From a virus (lineage: Duplodnaviria > Caudoviricetes), in IMG/VR virus record IMGVR_UViG_3300037264_002513, positions 1 to 61,600 of that record: DNA of 61,600 nt; one strand, given 5' to 3'. A model generated the notes under the pieces. The model was not told the origin of the DNA and did no database searches. It was given only the letters and a program-made list of their open reading frames with translations. This document shows, in pieces, positions 45,001 through 52,633 of the stretch. The position numbers and the translations under genes were made by a program. The first letter of the stretch is position 1. Each line of letters starts with the position of its first letter.

Positions 45001-46132
45001 GTGTGTACGCGGTGCTGAGCAGGGCGAGAAACGCCTGGAGATAGGAGTCGTTGCCCGTCGCCATGAAGCCGTAGAGCGTGCCGCACCAGGCCGCCGCGAG
45101 GAGGCGCTCCGTCCACACCTTGTCGTACCCGCGCATCTTGCCCTGGCCGAGCGGCGGGGCCATGTAGGGGACCGCGAAGAGCGTGTCGGCCTTCCACCCG
45201 TCAGCCAGAGCTGTAATCGCCGCGAGCCCGCCCTCGTCCCCCGTCAACGCGTAGTAGTAGTAGAGGCCCCTCGTCTGGTTGTACTTGCCGTCCCACACGA
45301 AGGCCCCTGCGTCGTAGTCCCACTTCCCCTTCCACCACCCGCGGTACAGGCCGGACATCTCGATGCCGTGGCCCACCCCTTGGCCCCCGTCCATGTACCA
45401 CCACGCGTACTGATAGGCGGCGCGCAGGAAGTCGGGTTCGTTCGTGTGAACGTAGGCCAGGAAGTAGGTGGCGTGCCGGTCGTACAACCAGGACTCCACG
45501 CCGTTCGCTCCACCGTACGGCAGCTCGGGGCTCGCGTACGCCTTCTCGACCGCCCAGGTGTCGGCGTAGATTGAGGCACGCGCCACAACGCGAAACGCAT
45601 CGCTGAGGAACTTCACCCCAGCCAGGTCGGGATCCGCCGCCACATCGGTCGCGCTCAGCATCGGGCCGAACACGTTGGTTGAGGCCAGATACCCGTCCTC
45701 GAAGTGCGCGAGCACGTTGGGCTCGCGAGTGGGGGTGTCGAAGACCTGAAGATCCTCGGGGTTAATCGCTGCGAACTCGTAGACGGATCCGTTCTGAACG
45801 ATGGTGTAGTCCGCAGACGGGATGGTTGGCGTGACCGAGTGGCTGACGCTCGAGAAGGGCGTGTCCGCCAGGGGCCAATCGACCGGCATGGGGATCGAGG
45901 TGCTCAGGACCAGCGTGAGGGCGTCCTCGGGCATCGCGAACTGGAGCCGCACCGCCTTGATGCTCGTCGGCACACCCAGCGCGTCGTACCAGTACAGGGT
46001 CGGGGTAACGAACAGCGAGAGCCCTCCGGCGGTGAGTTGCCGCGTCTCCGTCAGCACCCCGCGCGCGAACGGCACCCCGATCGAGGCCAGACTCCCCGGG
46101 GCGATACGCGTGAGGGTGATGGTGATCGCCAT
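42008..46132 (-). CDS. large multidomain protein: polysaccharide-lyase-like N-region + FG-GAP repeats + ASPIC/UnbV-like C-terminus
   Basis: IGVPFARG..W.D..SIK N-terminus, YYYALTGD and HWSPWM helical-barrel motifs; DVNNDGYPDI, DFNRNGYPDL, DFDEDGKVEI, DVDGDGRLDL; GNWINV..IDARVEV..HVGLG..VIYPSG. Confidence 0.75.
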   Translation of the reverse strand: MAITITLTRIAPGSLASIGVPFARGVLTETRQLTAGGLSLFVTPTLYWYDALGVPTSIKAVRLQFAMPEDALTLVLSTSIPMPVDWPLADTPFSSVSHSVTPTIPSADYTIVQNGSVYEFAAINPEDLQVFDTPTREPNVLAHFEDGYLASTNVFGPMLSATDVAADPDLAGVKFLSDAFRVVARASIYADTWAVEKAYASPELPYGGANGVESWLYDRHATYFLAYVHTNEPDFLRAAYQYAWWYMDGGQGVGHGIEMSGLYRGWWKGKWDYDAGAFVWDGKYNQTRGLYYYYALTGDEGGLAAITALADGWKADTLFAVPYMAPPLGQGKMRGYDKVWTERLLAAAWCGTLYGFMATGNDSYLQAFLALLSTAYTHISTQDQATLDAITVPYVYNGVTYRHPPQNAWIKNGAQAAESNAMHPHWSPWMSSLVVAPLLSYQEQSNDPRVDEIFIRLGRGMRDSGLTYKAYTTWGNDTFLAPKLEPDAPPVGRIAVGLYGVGKFIDNAVTVQPTPDWYLAAFGAARTAAYEAAKASGFNRAPDGAEDQHAPDNSALTAAAQRSLVRRPELDEGAMTPFDTERECVEAMHHELSYVSKSFMTTFTDDWIYTDPSRPPGTYHIQSRLAVAYAGGQASIDSYIASTTVGHSKAAAHGLNSRRVSWMFNHSMYQFGLMQAANFSLPTIIRGWVEVPTPANDQVVYPGDDVSDGGWTGSVGGDLSALVDEPDTPSDADFITSPAYPVGEAVVMTLPGLNRPLPGDCVLTVRARTTTPLPPGPLVFEEITGLTGLTEIMQAWYDARALVDPYPGDPTRPYRWWPAAVCAADLTGSGRADLVVAHHGVPGSAVLIHQGLDGLGFPRWANETPTRELVGSFLDIIADGSPHVGDVNNDGYPDIISPTDEGTARVALNDGTGRFNIQALDIGYSQIRQHDTTSDGWIDIVGLLTLGDSFSVYQNDQDGTFTESTSPGSGEWIPFTEAMRLSVMEYVGMVTFSDQAGTLLVTWPGTQMANNKKVRFRAGGGGALPSNISAGTDYWVRDKNAYGLGTFRLALTQGGSAIAFVEAGTQDILCYGQLTYPTCRKVAMGGAIGEIVFVSFGEGYTFHEHPQLSYALRLVGGLWSDVTAELGLPTYRWYLAGVYDFNRNGYPDLLLTDCPTGGIYRNTGAAALTRQVDQLANDLAAQVRPEDTLSDVADFDEDGKVEILLKGGRFGYNSCLYQNQNDQYVRALRPSGPGYIECWVPVDVDGDGRLDLIGLDTGTLGIIKVWLNKTPAAGNWINVHLSGDTQNKVGIDARVEVYTAGHIGEAAYLLGVTVNNTPGSPVHMSVGGEGTSVGGKLPIHVGLGPATSVDVKVIYPSGTVETALAQATNQTITV

Positions 46133-47334
46133 CAGGGCACCCGACGCACCTTGAACCGCATCACGACGGGGCCGGCGGCCGGGGGGTTCACGGCTGACAG
46201 CCCAAACGTCAGCGTGTCGTTGACCGGCTGCGCTCCACTGCGGGCCACCTCGGCGCCATCGGGCGTCGTTTCATCGAGCGCGGTATAGATCCCGACGTTG
46301 TCCTGTTCGGTGAGTGGGTTGCCCGTCCAGCGTTTCCAGTTGCCATCCGCGATGTCGCTGGTGGGCCTGGCGAACTGCGAGGTGAGCGCGTACTCAAAGG
46401 GTCCGATGTCCCAGACGCCGGTGCGCTGCGCGCCCGTTACGTCGTGGGTGAATCCCGCCAGCGTGTTCGCGACATCGCGAAGCGCGGAGGCGCCCGTGAT
46501 GGTGAAGTCCTCGCTATCGACCGTGAGGTCGGTGAAGCACGCCCCAGAGCCAACCGCCGCGGCGATGTTCCGCAGCGTGGCGTCCGCCGATGAGTCGTCA
46601 GAGGTTGCGACCTTGGTCTGCGTGAGGGAGGCGCCGGTGCCACGGAGCACCGCCGCGGGTGAGGCGCAGTAGCAGTTGGTGACCACGATCGTCCCGCCGG
46701 CACGGTTCACGGCGCCCTGCGTGGCGTTCGGCATGTAGATGAGGCAGTTCTCGAGCACCATCGTCGTGCTGGTGAGCGTCGAGACGCCGCTGTTGTAGCC
46801 CTTGCCGTAGATGACACAGTTCCGCAGGGTCAGGTGCGCCCCGGCGGCGCTACAGCGCGCGGCGCCCGAAAAGCCCGTGTTCCCCGTGTCGCATCGCAAG
46901 ATACAGCGGTCGACGACGACGCCGGGGACGGACGCCGCGAGGGCCGAGTACCCGGTGGTTCCGGTGTAGAGCGAGGCGATCTGGATGCCAGTGACCCGCG
47001 TGTAGGGCACGTTGATAGCCATCGGGGCCTGGTAGCCGACAGTCCGCACGATGCGGAAGCGCCCAGTGTTCCAAACGCCCGTGGCAAGTCCGTTCCCAAC
47101 ACCGTAGATGTCGATGTACCGGTCGATATCCGTCCCGGTGAAGCTGCTGATGAGCGAGTTGAGGTTCTCTTCTGTCCCGATGGAAACCGGGAACCTGAGT
47201 CGCCCGTCAAAGCCCGTGGCGGCACTCAGGTCTGCGTGGTTCGCGAGGCCATGCGCGAGGGCGGCGTTCAACGAGACGAACCGGTGGTTGCCCGCGTCGT
47301 TGACGCCGTCGACGCTCAGCGTGATGTCGGCCAT
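46132..47334 (-). CDS. beta-helix (pectin-lyase-like) virion protein
   Basis: Repeated VDRC/LRNC/LENC/VTNC rungs; DVTGAQR...WDIGPFEY. Confidence 0.7.
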   Translation of the reverse strand: MADITLSVDGVNDAGNHRFVSLNAALAHGLANHADLSAATGFDGRLRFPVSIGTEENLNSLISSFTGTDIDRYIDIYGVGNGLATGVWNTGRFRIVRTVGYQAPMAINVPYTRVTGIQIASLYTGTTGYSALAASVPGVVVDRCILRCDTGNTGFSGAARCSAAGAHLTLRNCVIYGKGYNSGVSTLTSTTMVLENCLIYMPNATQGAVNRAGGTIVVTNCYCASPAAVLRGTGASLTQTKVATSDDSSADATLRNIAAAVGSGACFTDLTVDSEDFTITGASALRDVANTLAGFTHDVTGAQRTGVWDIGPFEYALTSQFARPTSDIADGNWKRWTGNPLTEQDNVGIYTALDETTPDGAEVARSGAQPVNDTLTFGLSAVNPPAAGPVVMRFKVRRVP

Positions 47335-47358
47335 GTCCGCCCGCCTCCCCCACGATCG

Positions 47359-47817
47359 TTACTGCCCCCAGACCCGTGCCGTGCTCCCGATCGCCGGCAT
47401 CCCGAGCTCCTGCGCCAACGGCTTCCCCTGCAACGTGGTCCCGACCGGGAGAGCCGGGATGTCAATCCACTGCGAGCGCGGCTGGCCGTTTTCCGGGTTG
47501 CCGGCGAGCAGCCGCGGCGGGAACCAGACCAGACTCTGGAATCCCTTGAGCCAGATCGCCCGCACCGCCTTCAGGAGCTCGAGCTGAACATGCCGGCACC
47601 AGGCCGGGTCCAGCACCGAGCGCCCGCTCGTCTCAGCCTGGATCTCCACCTCGAAGAAGGCCTGGGTCACACGGGCGCGCATCCGCCCGTGCGACCCGAA
47701 CTCGGCCAGTGTGGCGCGTCGTAGATGATCGAGCGCCACGCGAAACGGTGGATGCTCCGCAGCGACGACGCGGAACTTCCACTCCGACCACTCCTGGTGC
47801 TGAGAGTTGGGGTCCAT
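47359..47817 (-). CDS. hypothetical protein
   Basis: 152-aa ORF with AGGAG RBS. Confidence 0.6.
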   Translation of the reverse strand: MDPNSQHQEWSEWKFRVVAAEHPPFRVALDHLRRATLAEFGSHGRMRARVTQAFFEVEIQAETSGRSVLDPAWCRHVQLELLKAVRAIWLKGFQSLVWFPPRLLAGNPENGQPRSQWIDIPALPVGTTLQGKPLAQELGMPAIGSTARVWGQ

Positions 47818-47823
47818 GATCTC

Positions 47824-48231
47824 CTACAGCGCGAACCAGCCGCTGGAGTGAACTGTGTAGTTTATGTCTCCACCGTTTGGCGTGATCGGGACACCCGTGA
47901 TGCCCTGGTCGAGCCAAGCGATCAGCGCATCGCTGGCGTGCGTGTCGTTCCAGAGGATGACGCCGTCGCACGGGTCGCCCGCCGGCACGGCCGCGAAGGT
48001 GCCGTTGTCACTGTCGAACACGCCCAGCGCGATCGTGGTGTTCGCCAGCGTCGCCACCGCCTTCTTCGCGGTGTCGTTGATGCCGTACGTCCCCTGCACG
48101 TACGTGTTGTCGGTCGCGGAGTACGACTCGTAGGCCCCGTCGAACAGCGTGATCTTGATCGTGTCGGTGTCCAGGTTGTGCTCTTTGCCGAGCAGCGCCT
48201 GCTTGAACGTCGGGTAGAGGGCGTTCGCCAT
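47824..48231 (-). CDS. minor structural/tail protein
   Basis: MANALYPTFKQALL...DTDTIK...PITPNGGDI. Confidence 0.75.
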   Translation of the reverse strand: MANALYPTFKQALLGKEHNLDTDTIKITLFDGAYESYSATDNTYVQGTYGINDTAKKAVATLANTTIALGVFDSDNGTFAAVPAGDPCDGVILWNDTHASDALIAWLDQGITGVPITPNGGDINYTVHSSGWFAL

Positions 48232-48261
48232 GATGGCTCCTTCGCAGAAGGCCCGCGCCCT

Positions 48262-49392
48262 CTACTGCCTGGTGATCTCCCACCAGTTGATGCGGATGTT
48301 GGCGTCCGTCGTGCCTGCGGCCAGGTAGCTGATGAACGGGTTCATCCCGATGTCGGCGGTCTTCGCCACGCCACTGTTCGTCATCGTGATCGGGTTCCCG
48401 TTGAGGAACGCCGTGGGCACCCGCGTGACTGAGATGCAGGACTTCAAGGTGTAGGTGCCGGCGTTCGCCGTGTTCACCCCGCTGTCGTCGCTCAGGGTGC
48501 CGCCCCCGGCCACCTCGCCCAGGCTGAAGATGCTGCCATCCGCGTTGTTCTGGCCGACGACGGACCAGTCGGCATACCCGGTGTAGACGTTGCCGGCCTG
48601 AAACGCCTCGTGCTTCCGCCAGCCGATGACAAACTGCGCGGTGCCGGCGATCAGGCCGATGGTGTAGTTCACCGTGAAGCAGCCGCCGTGCTTGCCCGTC
48701 GTGATCCACGAGGTGGCATCGGTCACGATGCCGTCGCCGATGTAGATCTCGACACCCTCAGAGATGATCGTGTTATCGGCGGTGATGTCGAGCTTATTGT
48801 CGGCCACGATCCAGCTCGAGGCGGACTTGACGAGTTCCTCGCGATAGGTGATCAGGCCAACCGGGCTGCCCCAGACGTAGTTCGTGCCCGTCGCCGCCAG
48901 CGTCTTCGCGCCGGCCGCGGTGGTCGCGAGCACGAGCCGGGGACTCGAGAAGTCCTCGCGCGCGATCGTCGTCCACATGTTCGCCGGGGCGCCGGCCACG
49001 CTGCCAGGCGGGACCACGGCGGAGCCGCCCTTGATGGCGATCCGCGCCTGCCCGCTGGTGTAGGCCGACATGCGCGCCCGCAGCTGCGTGTAGCCCACGT
49101 TCGCGAGGAAGAACGCGTCGTTCGATGTCGTCGTGGCTGCGAGCCCGTACGTGGACTGGCGCACCAGGGGTACGGCCGTCCACTCGCCAGCGATGCTGGC
49201 CTCGAAGGTAATCGTCCCGCTCCAGGTGCCGGTAACCTGAATCACGGTGCTGGGGTCCACCCCGACGGCGGCGCTGACCACGGCATCGGCCGCGCCCAGG
49301 CTCCCCTGCGTGGTCGGCTGCGCCGACACCGAGATCACCGCCAGCAGGGTGATGAGGAGCGCCACCAAGCTGACTCGAATCGTTGTACGCAT
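48262..49392 (-). CDS. signal-peptide-bearing beta-rich protein
   Basis: AGGAG RBS; MRTTIRVSLVALLITLLAVISVSA|Q; IQVTGTWSGTITFEAS...RARMSAYTSG domain. Confidence 0.7.
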   Translation of the reverse strand: MRTTIRVSLVALLITLLAVISVSAQPTTQGSLGAADAVVSAAVGVDPSTVIQVTGTWSGTITFEASIAGEWTAVPLVRQSTYGLAATTTSNDAFFLANVGYTQLRARMSAYTSGQARIAIKGGSAVVPPGSVAGAPANMWTTIAREDFSSPRLVLATTAAGAKTLAATGTNYVWGSPVGLITYREELVKSASSWIVADNKLDITADNTIISEGVEIYIGDGIVTDATSWITTGKHGGCFTVNYTIGLIAGTAQFVIGWRKHEAFQAGNVYTGYADWSVVGQNNADGSIFSLGEVAGGGTLSDDSGVNTANAGTYTLKSCISVTRVPTAFLNGNPITMTNSGVAKTADIGMNPFISYLAAGTTDANIRINWWEITRQ

Positions 49393-49416
49393 CGGTCTTA
49401 CTCCTGCATCACGAGG

Positions 49417-49455
49417 AAAAGGGCTGACCGCCCGCGTCGCCTGCGGGCGGCCAGC
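49417..49455 (-). terminator. possible intrinsic terminator
   Basis: Minus strand GCTGGCCGCCCGC-aggcgac-GCGGGCGGTCAGC followed by CCTTTT. Confidence 0.5.
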
Positions 49456-49466
49456 ACATCCACGGT

Positions 49467-50069
49467 CTAGGTGATGGTGAACCCGTTGTTCGCCAGCACG
49501 GACCACTTGCCGCCCAACGCGATCAGCATGAGGCAGTTGCCGCGGAACGCCCCCGCGGAGGTGACGGTTGTGTGCGCGCCCGTCGTGCCATCGTGCAGGT
49601 TGACGGTGGTGAGAACGTGCAGGGCGTCTGTGGTCGTCACGAACTGCACCACCAGCCCGTCCTGGTCGGCCCTCGGGTCAGCGAAGGTCGAGCTCCCCAG
49701 AGCGGTGGCCTTGTTGATGTTGAAGATCGTGTTCTTCGCTGGGCAGGCGATGGCCCCGTCCGCGCCGACGTTCTTGATGTCCCACGCAAACCCGGGGACC
49801 GGGATGTCCATCCCCTCGCCGAGCGTCTGCATGTCCTCCGCCAGGCCGAACGTGACCGGCGCGAGGACGCCGTGCGCGGCAGCGGTGCCGCCCCGGTCGC
49901 CGCGCGAGCGCACATCGATGTAGCCGCTCTGCGGGATCGCGACGATCTGGCAGTACTCCTTGTCGATCCGCATGAACCCGCCGACGGTGGCGCCGGTCGA
50001 GCTCGTGACGTTGAACCGCAGCGTGTCCCTGGTGGCCGCAGCCGCGAGGGTAGTGACTGTGAGAGCCAT
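49467..50069 (-). CDS. probable capsid decoration protein
   Basis: Directly downstream of coat gene; IDKEY..I...VRSRG.RGG.AAAH motif. Confidence 0.6.
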   Translation of the reverse strand: MALTVTTLAAAATRDTLRFNVTSSTGATVGGFMRIDKEYCQIVAIPQSGYIDVRSRGDRGGTAAAHGVLAPVTFGLAEDMQTLGEGMDIPVPGFAWDIKNVGADGAIACPAKNTIFNINKATALGSSTFADPRADQDGLVVQFVTTTDALHVLTTVNLHDGTTGAHTTVTSAGAFRGNCLMLIALGGKWSVLANNGFTIT

Positions 50070-50109
50070 AGCTCTACCTTCCTTTGAAGCAAGCGCCTGT
50101 GTGGACTAG

Positions 50110-50145
50110 ACGGCGAGCGTGCCGGCGCGAACGCACGCTCGCCGT
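50110..50145. other. perfect 13-bp stem hairpin after coat gene (mRNA stabiliser/attenuator)
   Basis: ACGGCGAGCGTGC-10 nt-GCACGCTCGCCGT; no U-tract. Confidence 0.55.
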
Positions 50146-50164
50146 GACAACGACGCGTGCGCTG

Positions 50165-51424
50165 CTACGAGCAGATGCGAACGCCGAGCTCCTGCCGGGG
50201 GGTCGCCCAGCCGTACATGATGTCGACCCGAGCGGGGCTCTGGTCGGTCATGATCGAGTAGTCCTTCAGGAACCGCACGGCGATCCCGAGCGCCTTGTTC
50301 GAGATGCGCTCCGAGATCCAGAGGCCTCCGGGCTTCTCCAGGTCGGCGAAGACCAAGGCGTAGGCCCCCATCACGTAGATCAGGCCCTGCGGACTCACCT
50401 TGTTCGCGTGGCTGGAAGCGTGTCCAAAGATCGTGACGACCGCGGAGTCCGCAGGCGCGTTGCTGCAGTTCTGATCCGCCCCAGAGGTGACGATCGGCGG
50501 CGAGATCGGAATCGTGGCCGCGCCGCCAGACGTCGAGTACACATCCGCCGTGGCGACGAAGTCCTTGAGCGCCCCGGTGCTCGCGTACGTCATCGGGTTG
50601 ATCTCATAGCACCCGTCGAACTGGACCACATCGCCTTCGCTCAGGCGCTTCGCAGCGGCGGACGTCCAACTCTTCGTCAGAATCGCGGCCGACCCGTTCG
50701 CCGGCACACCATCGATGGCCGGCGCACCGCCCAGCGGCCCCACCGTGTGGGTGTAGGTGTTCTGGGTCTGGTACCACTCGCTGACCCCAAGAGCTTCACC
50801 GCTGAACTGCCCCGACCGGAAGATCTTTCCGACGAAGTTGGCCGGGTTGAACAGGGTGAAGTTGTTCGCGGTCAGGTAGGCGTGCATGTTCGCTTCCAGC
50901 ATCGCCTTCCGGCCTTCCTGGGGCACACCGATCTTGGTGAGCTTCACCCCGGCCAGCTGGTAGATGATGTTGGAGTTGTACGGCGACGGCGTACCCGTTG
51001 CCCCCGGAATCGTGCCCGGGGTGCCGACAACCATCGGTGTCTTCTTCGTACACCGCTGGAGCCCGTCGTAGTCGCACTGGTTGATGAGCGAGTCCACCGC
51101 GGGCTCGAGATACCGCTCGCGGTAGTTGTCGACTTCCATCGTGAGCGAAGCCATCGAGAACTCGAGCCCGATGTTGGCCTGATCCGTCAAGCTGATGGGC
51201 ACAACGGCGTCCTTCACCGGCTGCGGATTGAGGGCCTGGCCCTTGTTCACGATGTACCTTTGCGGCAACCTGCAGTTCACGGTGTAGCCGACCTTCGCGC
51301 CGGCCTGCTTGAACTCGTCGCTGTAGCTGCGGTCCACGTTGTTGGCGAACCGCATGTTGTTGACGAGACGGAGTCCGATCTGCTTCATGACCCACGACGG
51401 GGTCACAAGAACGTTTGCAGCCAT
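50165..51424 (-). CDS. major capsid protein, P22 coat (gp5) family
   Basis: MAANVLVT..LVNNM.F...VDR.Y..EF...GAKVG.TVN.RLP; C-terminal RVDIMYGW...RQE. Confidence 0.92.
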   Translation of the reverse strand: MAANVLVTPSWVMKQIGLRLVNNMRFANNVDRSYSDEFKQAGAKVGYTVNCRLPQRYIVNKGQALNPQPVKDAVVPISLTDQANIGLEFSMASLTMEVDNYRERYLEPAVDSLINQCDYDGLQRCTKKTPMVVGTPGTIPGATGTPSPYNSNIIYQLAGVKLTKIGVPQEGRKAMLEANMHAYLTANNFTLFNPANFVGKIFRSGQFSGEALGVSEWYQTQNTYTHTVGPLGGAPAIDGVPANGSAAILTKSWTSAAAKRLSEGDVVQFDGCYEINPMTYASTGALKDFVATADVYSTSGGAATIPISPPIVTSGADQNCSNAPADSAVVTIFGHASSHANKVSPQGLIYVMGAYALVFADLEKPGGLWISERISNKALGIAVRFLKDYSIMTDQSPARVDIMYGWATPRQELGVRICS

Positions 51425-51455
51425 AGCACCACCCCCTGGTGGTTGTGCCGGCTAG

Positions 51456-52625
51456 CTAGCGTCGTTGGCGTGAGGCTCGAGCTGCGTTTTCAGCCGCGAC
51501 GTACTCGGGGCCAAAGTCCAGCTCGTCTGGATCACGCGTGCCACTACCAGCCGCTCGCGTTCCCCCGACTGGCCGGATCGGAGGCTTCGCCTGTGTAACC
51601 GGTGGTGTCACGCCAGAAGAGCCGTTCTTCGCATCTGGCTGAGACAGTGTGGCAGAGAGACGACCGAGCGCCATGAGTTGGCGGGGCGGATCGAGATGCG
51701 CGATGCGCGCGTGCTCCTTGGGATGATGCGCGAAGTAGAGGAGGAGCGGCGCGGGGTCAGTAGCTTCCTTTACAGCATCCATGATCGGACGCGTCATCTG
51801 GAGGGTCGCGAGAATCTTCGATTCCACCGGATGCTGCGCGAGCGTGTAGAGCAGCTCCATGCCGGCGGGATGGCGGCGCACCACCGTCTCCACGAAGGGC
51901 GTCAGCGGAACGTCCTCCAGGTTCTCCTTGATCGTCGCTTCCCAGTCTGGGTACTTCGCCATCGCGGCTTCGCGTCGGGCATCCTCACGCGCCACCTCAG
52001 CGATGGCGAGCTCGCGCTCACGCGCAGTAGACACAACTTCACTGGCCGTGCGCGAGGCCCGCGCGTCCGCCTCAGCCGCGATCACCTTCCGCAGCCAGGC
52101 TGCATGGTCGTGCTGGTACTCCTTGAACGTCTTGCCGGACGCCTCGTAGGCGTCCCAGTCCGGTTCCTCGCTGTCGACCGCGGCGGCGGCCTCGGGCGCC
52201 TTCTCGTCCTTGACGGGCGCGGCGGCTGCGGGGACCGGCTCGGGCACAGGCTTCTTCGGCGCCCGCTCAGCCTCGAGGGCTCGGCGCGTCTCTTCGCGCT
52301 CGCGCACCAGGGCGTTGATCTCCGCCCGCAGGACCGCCTTCCGTTCGGCCGCCGTCTCACGCTTCTTGGGCTTCGCCTCGTCACCCTTCGCCTCGGGCGC
52401 CTTGTCGTCGTCGTCGAGGTCGTCGTCCTCGGCCTTGGGTTCCACAACCGGCTTCGGCTCGTCGCCGGCCGACGGAGCCTCGCCGCGGATGCGCTCCTCG
52501 AGCTGCTCCTTCGTCGGCTGGTCGTGCGACGAGGACTCGGCGACCCATCCGTCGACCTCGGCCACCGTCGGCAATGCCGGGGCTCCCGAGCTGTCGTGCG
52601 TTTCGTTATCGGCCGAGACGGACAT
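51456..52625 (-). CDS. scaffolding protein
   Basis: Acidic/coiled-coil, between portal and coat; C-terminal VTQAKPPIRPV. Confidence 0.8.
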   Translation of the reverse strand: MSVSADNETHDSSGAPALPTVAEVDGWVAESSSHDQPTKEQLEERIRGEAPSAGDEPKPVVEPKAEDDDLDDDDKAPEAKGDEAKPKKRETAAERKAVLRAEINALVREREETRRALEAERAPKKPVPEPVPAAAAPVKDEKAPEAAAAVDSEEPDWDAYEASGKTFKEYQHDHAAWLRKVIAAEADARASRTASEVVSTARERELAIAEVAREDARREAAMAKYPDWEATIKENLEDVPLTPFVETVVRRHPAGMELLYTLAQHPVESKILATLQMTRPIMDAVKEATDPAPLLLYFAHHPKEHARIAHLDPPRQLMALGRLSATLSQPDAKNGSSGVTPPVTQAKPPIRPVGGTRAAGSGTRDPDELDFGPEYVAAENAARASRQRR

Positions 52626-52633
52626 ACACGCTC

